Source: a virus (taxonomy: Duplodnaviria > Caudoviricetes). From it: a DNA stretch of 24,777 bases. Both the position numbers and the translations under genes were made by a program. Below, piece by piece: positions 15,938 to 24,366 of this stretch; position 1 is the stretch's first letter, and every line of letters begins with the position of its first letter. Below the pieces are notes generated by a model that was given only the letters and a program-made list of their open reading frames with translations, did no database searches and had not been told where the DNA came from. The DNA is taken from positions 1-24,777 of the IMG/VR virus record IMGVR_UViG_3300032225_000166; one strand, given 5' to 3'.

Positions 15938-18496
15938 ATGCAGAAGTATCAGAACGCAATCACGAATACCAACGGCGACGTTGTACCAAACGCTATCGTC
16001 ACGGTTACTGTGTACGGCACGGGTCTACCCGCTTCGCTCTATACGGGCAATGGTACGGGACTACTTCCGTCCAACGTGGTTGCAACGGACTCGCAGGGTG
16101 AGTTTTCCTTCTACGCCGCCAATGGGCGCTATTCCTATTCGGTTGCGGCTACCAACTACACCGCTGAAGTCTATACGGACTTTTTGCTATTTGACCCGGC
16201 TTCTACTGGTGCGGTCACAGCCACTAACGTGTCGTTTGCGCCAACGGGCGCACTTACGTCTACCAACGTACAAGCTGCAATCAACGAAGTTGTAACGGAC
16301 CTCGCGGGTTCTACTGGCGCTGCCAACGTCGGGTTTGCGCCAACGGGCGCACTTGCGGCTACCAACGTACAGGCGGCGATTACCGAAGTCGTGTCTGACC
16401 TCGCAGCCTCTTCCGGTTCGTCTACCGTTGGGTTCCTCCAGTCTGGTACTGGCGCTGTTGCACGTACGCTTCAGGCTAAAGGACGCGATAGCGTAAACGT
16501 CGCTGACTTCGGTGCAGTGGGCGATGGTGTAACGAATGACACGGCTGCTATCAATGCGGCGATTACTGCGGTGCTTGCTGCTGGCGGCGGCACCGTGTTC
16601 TTCAGTGCCAAAAACTACAAAGTAACTACGCTTAATATTAGTAGCGGTGTTTATTTGCAGGGGCAAGGCGCTGCAAAACGTAGCGCCAAAAATATGACTT
16701 TGCTGACCGGTACTGCTGGTTATAACGTAATTGAAATTGATCCAAATGGCGCTACGGACATAGCTATTCGACACCTTGGTACATATGGCGGCAATCGTAG
16801 TGTTTCTTTTGACCCTACTGTAAACAACGTAGCTGTTATAAATTTTGAGATGTATGACGTAACTTTTGGGTTCCCTACTAACGAATGCGTATTTATTGGT
16901 GGACAAGCCGAACGTTTGCGTTTTAGTTTCCTTAATTTTAGTAATGGTACTTACGGTTATTATCATGGTATTGGGCTTACTGGTAGGTCGTATGCTATTT
17001 TTGAAAAGTCCACATGGGAACATATCTACATGGAAGGCCAGACTATTAATGGCATTTTCTATGACACAGTAAATGTTTCTGGCTCAACCGCGTATACCTT
17101 CATGAAATTTAATAATACGGGTAGAGAATCTATCCGCATTAAAGGTAATGTTGGCGGACTTACTTTTACCGACGTACTGTTTGAAAATACTGCATCGTCT
17201 AGCCCAACGCCTGCCAACACTACGGGTAACATGACTGCGGGTAGTCCAACACTTGTAGTCGCTAGTGCTACTAATTTTGTAATTGGGCAGCAGGTAACCG
17301 TATCTGGCGCAGGAATTGTGTCTGGCTATGGATATTGTGATTTGGAAGCCAATATTCTTAACATTGTTGGCACTACTCTTACGCTCTCCGCAAATGCGAG
17401 TTATGCAGTAACAGGTGCTCCGGTAACCAACCGTAGATATGATACCGTTAAATTTGAAGGTATTGCCGGAGCTGGAATATCTTATAATATTCTTTTTAAC
17501 GGGTGTTTTCTTGACGGCGGTTTTGTAAAAGCTCGTTATGTTTTAAATACTGGCGCAAGTGCCGTTATAACTCTTACAGGAACTGTTGGTCAGGCGGGGG
17601 GGCCGTCTGGAACGCCTATTTATGACCCAACTAGTCAGGTAACATTTTTAAACGGGTATAGCGGTACCCGTGTTGCTAAAACGCCCGGACAAACAAAACC
17701 AATGAGTGCGTATTATGCAGGGGGCGTCTCTAGTTTTCCCAACGGTGCTTATAATGGAGACCCTGCTGTAGTAGAGTATCCCCCTACTCTTATTAGCGCC
17801 CCTCCCGGTCAAAGTGTCATTACAACACTTATGGCTAGTAATGTTAACGGTGGCGCCGGTGCAACATGGGGTAACTTTGAAATATTTATTAAAGACCCAA
17901 ACTTTAATTCTATATTCCAAATAGCAGGTAAAAACGGGCTTACCGATGCCAAACTAGCCGTAGGCACAAGACTTGGCCTACCAGCTTTTGGAGGTAGCGG
18001 CTCTTACACAAGTTATAGTAATGCCGAAATAATGGTTGCTGACGCTATACCTACAGTTGGAACGTGGTATACGGGCAGTATTATTTTTAAAGCATCGCCT
18101 GCTGGAGGTCAGCCAATTGGTTGGCAAAATATATCTGGTGGCACTCCCGGTACTTGGCTACCAATGGGGTACTTGAATTACGCTCAAATGAGTTTTGGCA
18201 CTGCGCCCCCTTCTACTGGAAATTGGTATCAAGGTAGTGTTGTTTTCAATACTAACGCCGCTGTTGGGCAGGTTGCTGGTTGGCAATGCACGGTTGGAGG
18301 TAGCCCCGGCACTTGGACGCCGCTTGGTTATGTATATGACCAAACCATCACGTTTGCCACCGCTGCCCCAACTACCGGAACATGGGTGCGTGGCAGCGTA
18401 GCGTTTAATTCTACCGCCGCTGTTGGCTCACCCAAAGGCTGGCAATGCACAGTTGCGGGTACTCCCGGTACTTGGGTCTCAATGGGTAACCTGTAA
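15938..18496 (+). CDS. Tailspike / depolymerase with pectate-lyase-like beta-helix
   Basis: GFLQSGTGAVARTLQAK, VNVADFGAVGDGVTNDTAAINAAI...GGGTVFF, an AT-richer beta-helix body and three C-terminal Trp/Gly repeats. Confidence 0.85.
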   Translation: MQKYQNAITNTNGDVVPNAIVTVTVYGTGLPASLYTGNGTGLLPSNVVATDSQGEFSFYAANGRYSYSVAATNYTAEVYTDFLLFDPASTGAVTATNVSFAPTGALTSTNVQAAINEVVTDLAGSTGAANVGFAPTGALAATNVQAAITEVVSDLAASSGSSTVGFLQSGTGAVARTLQAKGRDSVNVADFGAVGDGVTNDTAAINAAITAVLAAGGGTVFFSAKNYKVTTLNISSGVYLQGQGAAKRSAKNMTLLTGTAGYNVIEIDPNGATDIAIRHLGTYGGNRSVSFDPTVNNVAVINFEMYDVTFGFPTNECVFIGGQAERLRFSFLNFSNGTYGYYHGIGLTGRSYAIFEKSTWEHIYMEGQTINGIFYDTVNVSGSTAYTFMKFNNTGRESIRIKGNVGGLTFTDVLFENTASSSPTPANTTGNMTAGSPTLVVASATNFVIGQQVTVSGAGIVSGYGYCDLEANILNIVGTTLTLSANASYAVTGAPVTNRRYDTVKFEGIAGAGISYNILFNGCFLDGGFVKARYVLNTGASAVITLTGTVGQAGGPSGTPIYDPTSQVTFLNGYSGTRVAKTPGQTKPMSAYYAGGVSSFPNGAYNGDPAVVEYPPTLISAPPGQSVITTLMASNVNGGAGATWGNFEIFIKDPNFNSIFQIAGKNGLTDAKLAVGTRLGLPAFGGSGSYTSYSNAEIMVADAIPTVGTWYTGSIIFKASPAGGQPIGWQNISGGTPGTWLPMGYLNYAQMSFGTAPPSTGNWYQGSVVFNTNAAVGQVAGWQCTVGGSPGTWTPLGYVYDQTITFATAAPTTGTWVRGSVAFNSTAAVGSPKGWQCTVAGTPGTWVSMGNL

Positions 18497-18505
18497 GGAA
18501 TTATC

Positions 18506-18853
18506 ATGGCAACTTTTGCAACAAACATTATTTCGCTTATCTGCTACCCAACTACTTCTGAAAATCTTCAGGACGTAGTGTTTGACATTATTTGGCAGCG
18601 GACTATTACGGAAGGCAGGTATAACTCGGGTATTTATTGTACTACTACTCTACCAGCTCCAGATGACCAAGCGTTTGTATCGTATGACCAGATTACGGAA
18701 CAGTTGGCATTGTCATGGATTGATGAGAATACCGACCCCGCAAAAATTGCGGACCTTGATCGTCAATTGCAAAAATGGCTTGACGTAACAGAAGCTCCAA
18801 CTATTGCGATTCCCGCGCTACCGTGGGCACCGCAAATTCCTAATCAGGACTAG
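18506..18853 (+). CDS. Acidic tail-fibre-associated protein (possible assembly chaperone)
   Basis: 115 aa with DVVFDIIW...FVSYDQITEQLALSWI...LPW and AAGGA SD; follows the spike gene. Confidence 0.6.
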   Translation: MATFATNIISLICYPTTSENLQDVVFDIIWQRTITEGRYNSGIYCTTTLPAPDDQAFVSYDQITEQLALSWIDENTDPAKIADLDRQLQKWLDVTEAPTIAIPALPWAPQIPNQD

Positions 18854-18855
18854 CC

Positions 18856-19599
18856 ATGCCACTTATCATCAGCCCCAGCGGCGCGTCGAACCTACGCACG
18901 ACAGACAGTACAGGATTCAATCTTGACCTTAATGCTATCGTGGAAGAAGCGTTTGAACGTTGCGGGGCTGAACTGCGTACTGGTTATGATCTCCGTACTG
19001 CTCGCCGCTCTCTTAATCTTCTGCTGCTTGATTGGGCAAATCGTGGTATTAACCTGTGGACTGTTGAGCAAGAAGAGTTTCCGCTGATATACAACGTCGG
19101 AACCTATGATATCCCCGTGGATACGGTAGATTTGCTAGACCACGTTATCCGTACGGGAACTGGTACCAACCAAACTGACATCACTATCACCCGTATCTCG
19201 GGTAGTGTGTACTCAGCTATCCCTAATAAAAATGCTACGGGACGCCCTATCCAAGTTTGGATTGACCGTAAATCAGGGGCTACCAATTCAGTGTCTATAG
19301 TCCAGTACCCTAAAATTTATGTCTGGCCCAAGCCTGATAACTCCACGCTGTACACGTTTGTATACTGGCGACTTCGGCGTTTGCAGGAAGCTGGCAACGG
19401 TATTAACGGGCAGGACATCCCGTTCCGGTTCCTCCCTTGCATGGTGGCTGGCTTAGCATTTATGCTATCCATGAAACTCCCCGGAGCCGAAGCGCGGACG
19501 CAGATGCTTAAAGCTGAATATGATGAACAGTGGCAATTGGCGGCAGAAGAAGATCGCGATAAGTCTCCTGTTCGATTTGTCCCCCGACAGATGTTCTAG
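18856..19599 (+). CDS. Putative head-tail adaptor / tail tubular protein
   Basis: IVEEAFERCG...ARRSLNLLLLDWANRGINLWT, GRP, VWPKPD, PFRFLPCMVAGLA: helical ends around a beta core, as in podovirus adaptors. Confidence 0.65.
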   Translation: MPLIISPSGASNLRTTDSTGFNLDLNAIVEEAFERCGAELRTGYDLRTARRSLNLLLLDWANRGINLWTVEQEEFPLIYNVGTYDIPVDTVDLLDHVIRTGTGTNQTDITITRISGSVYSAIPNKNATGRPIQVWIDRKSGATNSVSIVQYPKIYVWPKPDNSTLYTFVYWRLRRLQEAGNGINGQDIPFRFLPCMVAGLAFMLSMKLPGAEARTQMLKAEYDEQWQLAAEEDRDKSPVRFVPRQMF

Positions 19600-19606
19600 G
19601 TGATCC

Positions 19607-19984
19607 ATGAGCGGTAGTCGGTTTTCATCTGGTAAACACGCAATCGCCATGTGCGATAGGTGCGGTTTTAAGTACAAACTTAAACAGTTGAAAACCTTAG
19701 TTATCAAGACCAAAGAAGTGAATATTCTGGTTTGTCCAGAATGTTGGGAAGCAGACCACCCGCAGTTGCAGTTGGGTATGTACCCGGTTAACGACCCACA
19801 GGCAGTTAGGAACCCTCGTCCAGATAGCAGCTATTACACTCCAACAGGGGCAAGCGGCGGTGACGGTGGTAGTCGAGTTATTGAGTGGGCATGGAACCCG
19901 GTTGGCGGTGCGAGTGCTTTTGACGCCCTTCTGACCCCGAATGGGCTTGCTACGAGTTGTATAGTTAATAGTGTTATAGTCTAA
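19607..19984 (+). CDS. Zn-ribbon (CxxC...CxxC) protein
   Basis: CDRCGF...VCPECWE, then HPQL and DPQAVRNPRPD. Confidence 0.8.
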   Translation: MSGSRFSSGKHAIAMCDRCGFKYKLKQLKTLVIKTKEVNILVCPECWEADHPQLQLGMYPVNDPQAVRNPRPDSSYYTPTGASGGDGGSRVIEWAWNPVGGASAFDALLTPNGLATSCIVNSVIV

Positions 19985-19994
19985 GGAGACTTAC

Positions 19995-20141
19995 ATGAAG
20001 ATGGATCAAAAGACGATGAAGGCCATGCGCGGTTCTGAAAAGGGCGGCATGAAAAAGATGAAGGCTGGCGGCCCAACCTCGCTTGACCGCAAAAACATGG
20101 GGCGTAATATGTCCCGTGTAAACAACCAGCGGAGCCGCTAA
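19995..20141 (+). CDS. 48-aa basic Met-rich protein (absent from the ORF track)
   Basis: AAGGAG SD; MKMDQKTMKAMRGSEKGGMKKMKAGGPTSLDRKNMGRNMSRVNNQRSR*; fills the gap exactly. Confidence 0.8.
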   Translation: MKMDQKTMKAMRGSEKGGMKKMKAGGPTSLDRKNMGRNMSRVNNQRSR

Positions 20142-20142
20142 C

Positions 20143-20349
20143 ATGCCTACCACTACTTATAAGCAGCCAAAAAATGTCCCGGTAGAAAACATGCCGAATG
20201 TTGGTTATCCGCAGACAGACATCGGTCGCGCGGGCACTCTTACCAAGGGGCGTTTTATGTCTGACGTAGGTCAGAAGAAGTATGAAGACATGCGTGGTGC
20301 TGGCGCTGCTACCAAGGGCAAGAAGTTCTTGGTTGATATGGACATCTAA
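20143..20349 (+). CDS. Small basic protein with RGAGAATKG motif
   Basis: 68 aa with GGAG SD and TAATG coupling to the next gene. Confidence 0.8.
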   Translation: MPTTTYKQPKNVPVENMPNVGYPQTDIGRAGTLTKGRFMSDVGQKKYEDMRGAGAATKGKKFLVDMDI

Positions 20350-21008
20350 TGCATTACGCCACTTATGGAACGTCCCCTGCAAACTTGTGGTATGTCATCC
20401 AAGACTACACCGAGAATTTTGAGGCGTCTTTTGTTGCCAACATACCGAACTTTGTTCAGTTGGCAGAAGAGCGGGTATATAACTCCGTCCAGATTCCGGC
20501 TATTCGCAAGAGTCAGGTAGGTAACGTCACGGCGGGTAACCCGTACCTTACCCTGCCATCCGACTGGCTTGCTACGTTTTCTGTTGCGGCGATTGACCCC
20601 GGTACGTTTGCGTACACGTACATGCTAGATAAAGATAGCAACTTTGTCCGTGAGGCTTTTCCATACCCCGCAGTCACAGGGATGCCAACTCACTATGCCC
20701 AATTCAACGCGAATTCGCTCCTCCTCGGGCCTACGCCTGACGCCTCTTACGCAGTTGAACTCAACTATTACTACTACCCGGAGTCGATTGTCACGGCTGG
20801 TACAAGCTGGTTGGGCGACAATTTTGAAACTGTACTCCTCTATGGTTCGCTTCGTGAAGCGTATCAATACATGAAGGGTGAGGCAGATATCACCGGTCAG
20901 TACGAAGCTAAGTATCAGGAAGCACTTGATCTCCTGAAGAACCTTGGCGATGGCAAGAACCGTATGGACGCCTATCGTAGCGGACAAGTTAGGGTGCCAG
21001 TGAGATGA
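20349..21008 (+). CDS. Second adaptor-like (head-tail connector) protein
   Basis: IPNFVQLAEERVY, YLTLPSDW, GMPTHYA, LGPTPDASYAVELNYY, VLLYGSLREAY; same overall pattern as 18856..19599. Confidence 0.65.
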   Translation: MHYATYGTSPANLWYVIQDYTENFEASFVANIPNFVQLAEERVYNSVQIPAIRKSQVGNVTAGNPYLTLPSDWLATFSVAAIDPGTFAYTYMLDKDSNFVREAFPYPAVTGMPTHYAQFNANSLLLGPTPDASYAVELNYYYYPESIVTAGTSWLGDNFETVLLYGSLREAYQYMKGEADITGQYEAKYQEALDLLKNLGDGKNRMDAYRSGQVRVPVR

Positions 21009-21439
21009 TTACCCAAGGTCAATGTGGCAGTTTTCGCGCTGAGCTACTGAACGGCTACCACGCTTTCAGTTCCGCTTACCGTGCTGCCGACACGTTTAAA
21101 ATCGCCCTATACCTACCTACGGCAGAACTCAATCCTTCTACCACTACGGTGTATACTACCGTGGGTGAGATATCTGCTACTGGATACACGGCTGGCGGGT
21201 TGGTGCTTACGCCTATCGCTCCGGCGTATTCGGGCACTACGGCGTATGAATCGTTTGACAACGCGGTATGGACCTCTAGCAATATCTCAGCAACGGGTGC
21301 TTTGATCTATAACTCTACTCAGGGTAACAAAGCCGTCTGTATCCTTAATTTTGGTGGTAACAAAACCTCAACTGGCGGGACGTTTACGGTGCAGTTTCCG
21401 TTAAATGGTCCTACTACGTCTGTTCTCCGATTTTACTAA
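21005..21439 (+). CDS. Conserved tail/baseplate structural protein
   Basis: FKIALY, GEISATGYTAGGLVL, GALIYNS, LNFGGNKTS...FTVQFP. Confidence 0.7.
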   Translation: MITQGQCGSFRAELLNGYHAFSSAYRAADTFKIALYLPTAELNPSTTTVYTTVGEISATGYTAGGLVLTPIAPAYSGTTAYESFDNAVWTSSNISATGALIYNSTQGNKAVCILNFGGNKTSTGGTFTVQFPLNGPTTSVLRFY

Positions 21440-21448
21440 GGAGCATGT

Positions 21449-21559
21449 ATGAATTGGCTACCAGTAAATACCCTACAGACAGCCACTTGGGTTCCGGTTC
21501 TTAGCCCTCAAGCGGCTATTCTTAAATCAAAACCTCCCATTCTTGCTCGCAATACTTAG
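21449..21559 (+). CDS. 36-aa micro-ORF (absent from the ORF track)
   Basis: AAGGAG at 21438-21443; MNWLPVNTLQTATWVPVLSPQAAILKSKPPILARNT*. Confidence 0.5.
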   Translation: MNWLPVNTLQTATWVPVLSPQAAILKSKPPILARNT

Positions 21560-21569
21560 TAGGTAAAAC

Positions 21570-22697
21570 ATGGCTACTTTTTCTACCAATCTTGGTATTA
21601 CCCTGCCTGCTGATGGTGAGTACTCCGGTACGTGGGGCCAGATTACCAATACCAATCTTGGTACTCTTTTAGAGCAAGCGATTAGCGGATACGAGAGCCA
21701 AGCAGTAGTAACGGGTACTGATACTACAATCAGTATCCCAAACGGCGCTACGGGCGTTGCTCGTAACATGTCTCTTCAGTTGACTGGTACGGGCGGCGCT
21801 AGCACGAACCTTATTGTTCCTGCTAAAAAGAAGCTTTACTTCATTTATAACAGTACCTCCGGACAGGTAACTGTAAAAGTGCTGGGTCAGCCCGGCGTCT
21901 CCGTACCTGCTGGTGCCAAGATGCTGCTGGCTTGCAACGGTACGGATGTTATTGAAACAGTTAATACCTTTAGCTATGTAGCGGTCACGGGCGGTTCGGC
22001 TGCTCTCGCTGTTAATGGTGCCTACCTCGCCGCTGCCAATACCCTTGGGTTTGCGACTAATTCAGTCACTCGTGGCAATATCAACGGTAATGGTGTGTGG
22101 ACTATTGCCACTCCTTCGTCAGGTAATCACGTTGTCAATTTACTTTCGGGTAGCAACGGTATTGCTTTTACTACGGGCAGTGCTACCGCAAATCTTTACT
22201 ACGACGGTTCTGTTTACTATCAGTTTGGTACTACCACTAATCACGGGCTTAAACTCCTAGCTAATAACAGCGTTGTAGCCACGTTTAGTGGTGGCGGTGG
22301 TATGGTGATACCTGCCATTACAGCTGGTGAAGCAGCCAGCCTTGTGGCGACTGGCGCGGCGTATACCCCGTCTTCTACTGTTTCTGCAAGCACTTCTACC
22401 CTCACTATTAATACTAAGACTTCTAACGTATTTAATATTAATCTTGTTAGCGCAGTTAACGTGGGTACGTTTACTATTAGTAACACCGTACTTTTTGATG
22501 GGCAAACCATCAACTTGTTCATCACGCAGCCAAGTTCAGGCACTGCCGCTACCCTTGCGTGGCCCGCAGGGTTCAAGTGGCCCGGTGGTACGATACCTAC
22601 AATCAGTTCTACGCTTGGCGCGGTTGACCTCGTAGTTGCTACGTACCGCTCCGCAACGGGCTTCTGGTATGCCACCATTTCTAAGGCGTTCAGCTAA
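21570..22697 (+). CDS. Tail fibre protein
   Basis: N-terminal virion-attachment-type motif GEYSGTWGQITNTN, G/S/T-rich shaft, and C-terminal LAWPAGFKWPGGTIPTIS...VDLV domain. Confidence 0.75.
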   Translation: MATFSTNLGITLPADGEYSGTWGQITNTNLGTLLEQAISGYESQAVVTGTDTTISIPNGATGVARNMSLQLTGTGGASTNLIVPAKKKLYFIYNSTSGQVTVKVLGQPGVSVPAGAKMLLACNGTDVIETVNTFSYVAVTGGSAALAVNGAYLAAANTLGFATNSVTRGNINGNGVWTIATPSSGNHVVNLLSGSNGIAFTTGSATANLYYDGSVYYQFGTTTNHGLKLLANNSVVATFSGGGGMVIPAITAGEAASLVATGAAYTPSSTVSASTSTLTINTKTSNVFNINLVSAVNVGTFTISNTVLFDGQTINLFITQPSSGTAATLAWPAGFKWPGGTIPTISSTLGAVDLVVATYRSATGFWYATISKAFS

Positions 22698-23167
22698 TGA
22701 GCTTCGCGGCGCGTTCGCTAGGGTATTTGGGTAGCGGTGGTGGCGGAAGCCCTACCACGGTTCTCAGCACTACGTTGACGATTGGTACGGCGGCTAGTGG
22801 CACTATAGGGGTAAACCTAAGAGGTTTTACTTCTACTGCTATACTAGGCTATACCCCTACTACGTTTGGTTCTCTTGCCAGTGCAACTTTGACGACTGGT
22901 AGAACCTGTATTTCTGTATATGACGATAGAGATATTGGAATTCCAGAATATAGTGCTGTTCTCAAAATTAGTGGATTTGCCAGTGACCCCGGTAGAACTT
23001 ATTTGTACGACGTAACCGCAAACAGCGTAACTAAAACAGAAGCAACCGCCACTCTTTATAGTTATAGCGCAGGTACCGCCCTATGGGAATGGACAAACAC
23101 CACTACTGCTGTTCTTTTTGGTTTTGCTACTAGCGGTACTACCCCCCTTGTAATTAGGCTTACTTAA
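22697..23167 (+). CDS. Putative fibre-tip / receptor-binding protein
   Basis: TAATG-coupled to the fibre gene; short N-terminal anchor, GSGGGGS linker and a beta-rich aromatic domain. Confidence 0.5.
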   Translation: MSFAARSLGYLGSGGGGSPTTVLSTTLTIGTAASGTIGVNLRGFTSTAILGYTPTTFGSLASATLTTGRTCISVYDDRDIGIPEYSAVLKISGFASDPGRTYLYDVTANSVTKTEATATLYSYSAGTALWEWTNTTTAVLFGFATSGTTPLVIRLT

Positions 23168-23179
23168 GGAAAGTTGAAT

Positions 23180-23707
23180 ATGATTCCTATCGTTACCGCA
23201 CTGTTGGGCAAAGGACTTAACCTAGTCGCCAACGCTGTGTTGGCAAAGGGGAAAGACTGGGTTGAGGACAAGCTGGGTGTTGAACTTAAGCCTGACATGA
23301 CCAGCGAGGATTACGCCAAACTCCAGATTGCTCAGATGCAGCATGAAGAAGAACTTCTCAAGCTCAAGCTGGAAGACAACAAGCTTGATCTACAGGAACT
23401 CGACTTGCGGCTTAAAGATACGTCTGACGCTCGCAAGCGTGAGGCAGATATCGCCGTCTCAGAGAAAGCGCCGCTCCTCAACAAGATTGTTACCCCAGTG
23501 CTGGCGCTTGGCGTCACTGCTCTTACGTTCATCTTATTCGGTGTCCTTATGTTTGACAGTTCACCTGTCGAACCAAGCCGTAAGGATATCTTGGTCTACG
23601 TCCTCGGGGCTTTGACTGCCATTTCTACGCAAGTCATCTCGTACTACTTCGGTAGTTCTATCGGAAGCAAGGACAAGTCTGCTCAACTAGACAGGGTGCT
23701 GAAATGA
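23180..23707 (+). CDS. Holin-like membrane protein (3TM / GTA-holin type)
   Basis: Amphipathic N-terminus, coiled coil, two C-terminal TM helices, YYFGSS motif; overlaps the endolysin gene. AAGGA supports ATG 23180. Confidence 0.75.
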   Translation: MIPIVTALLGKGLNLVANAVLAKGKDWVEDKLGVELKPDMTSEDYAKLQIAQMQHEEELLKLKLEDNKLDLQELDLRLKDTSDARKREADIAVSEKAPLLNKIVTPVLALGVTALTFILFGVLMFDSSPVEPSRKDILVYVLGALTAISTQVISYYFGSSIGSKDKSAQLDRVLK

Positions 23708-24042
23708 GTCTCGTTGTCGAACAGGCGCAGTTCCTCATGGACGTTTGTAAGCTGGTGGTATTTGCCACCAAGCAAGGCTTCGTGGTCACGGGCGGTGAGT
23801 TGTTCCGTACGCCGGAACAACAGGAAATTTACATGAAGACTGGGCGCTCTAAAACCATGAACAGCTACCACCTCAAGCGGTGCGCTGTTGACCTGAATTT
23901 CTTTAAGGGCGGTACGCTCATCTACGACATCAAGGTGCTTGCGCCTATCGGTGCGTACTGGGAGAGCCTCAACCAGAAAAATTCTTGGGGTGGTAACTGG
24001 AATTCCTTCAAGGACGTTCCACACTTTGAGCGACGGGTGTAA
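23704..24042 (+). CDS. Endolysin, peptidase M15 family (L-Ala-D-Glu endopeptidase-like)
   Basis: R-T-x-x-x-Q, SYH(x6)D (HLKRCAVD), WGGNW and DVPHFE zinc-binding motifs. Confidence 0.92.
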   Translation: MSLVVEQAQFLMDVCKLVVFATKQGFVVTGGELFRTPEQQEIYMKTGRSKTMNSYHLKRCAVDLNFFKGGTLIYDIKVLAPIGAYWESLNQKNSWGGNWNSFKDVPHFERRV

Positions 24043-24044
24043 AA

Positions 24045-24365
24045 ATGGCGCGGGTACGCAAAAAAATCCCGCGCATCCCTAAAAAATTCAACGTCATGGG
24101 GCATACCATGACAGTAAATATTATACCCGATACCGAATGGTTGGTTTTGGGGCTTGATGACGCGCATGTAGGGTATTTTGAAGAAGCTACCCTTAAAGTT
24201 TATATACGTGGTGACCGTGCAGAATCTGCTATGGAGCAGATTTTCTGGCATGAAGCTCTGCATTGCATCTTGCACTTCATGGGCCACCCACTAAACAACG
24301 ATGAAACATTCGTTGACGTCATGTCCGGTGTTTTCCATCAAATACTAATTACATCGGAGTATTGA
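24045..24365 (+). CDS. Small HExxH zincin-like metalloprotein
   Basis: FWHEALHCILH with downstream NDETFVD glutamate. Confidence 0.75.
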   Translation: MARVRKKIPRIPKKFNVMGHTMTVNIIPDTEWLVLGLDDAHVGYFEEATLKVYIRGDRAESAMEQIFWHEALHCILHFMGHPLNNDETFVDVMSGVFHQILITSEY

Positions 24366-24366
24366 T

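Noticed and set aside
18050-18496. Diversity-generating retroelement TR/VR pair
   Set aside because: The repeats are in-frame, diverged at all base types rather than only adenines, and no reverse transcriptase is present in the window.
918-24287. Minus-strand and alternate-frame ORFs (e.g. 10765..11355, 16187..17023, 9683..10318, 14743..14985)
   Set aside because: They are shadows of strongly codon-biased plus-strand genes, with no recognisable motifs or SDs. The plus-strand tiling is already nearly gap-free.
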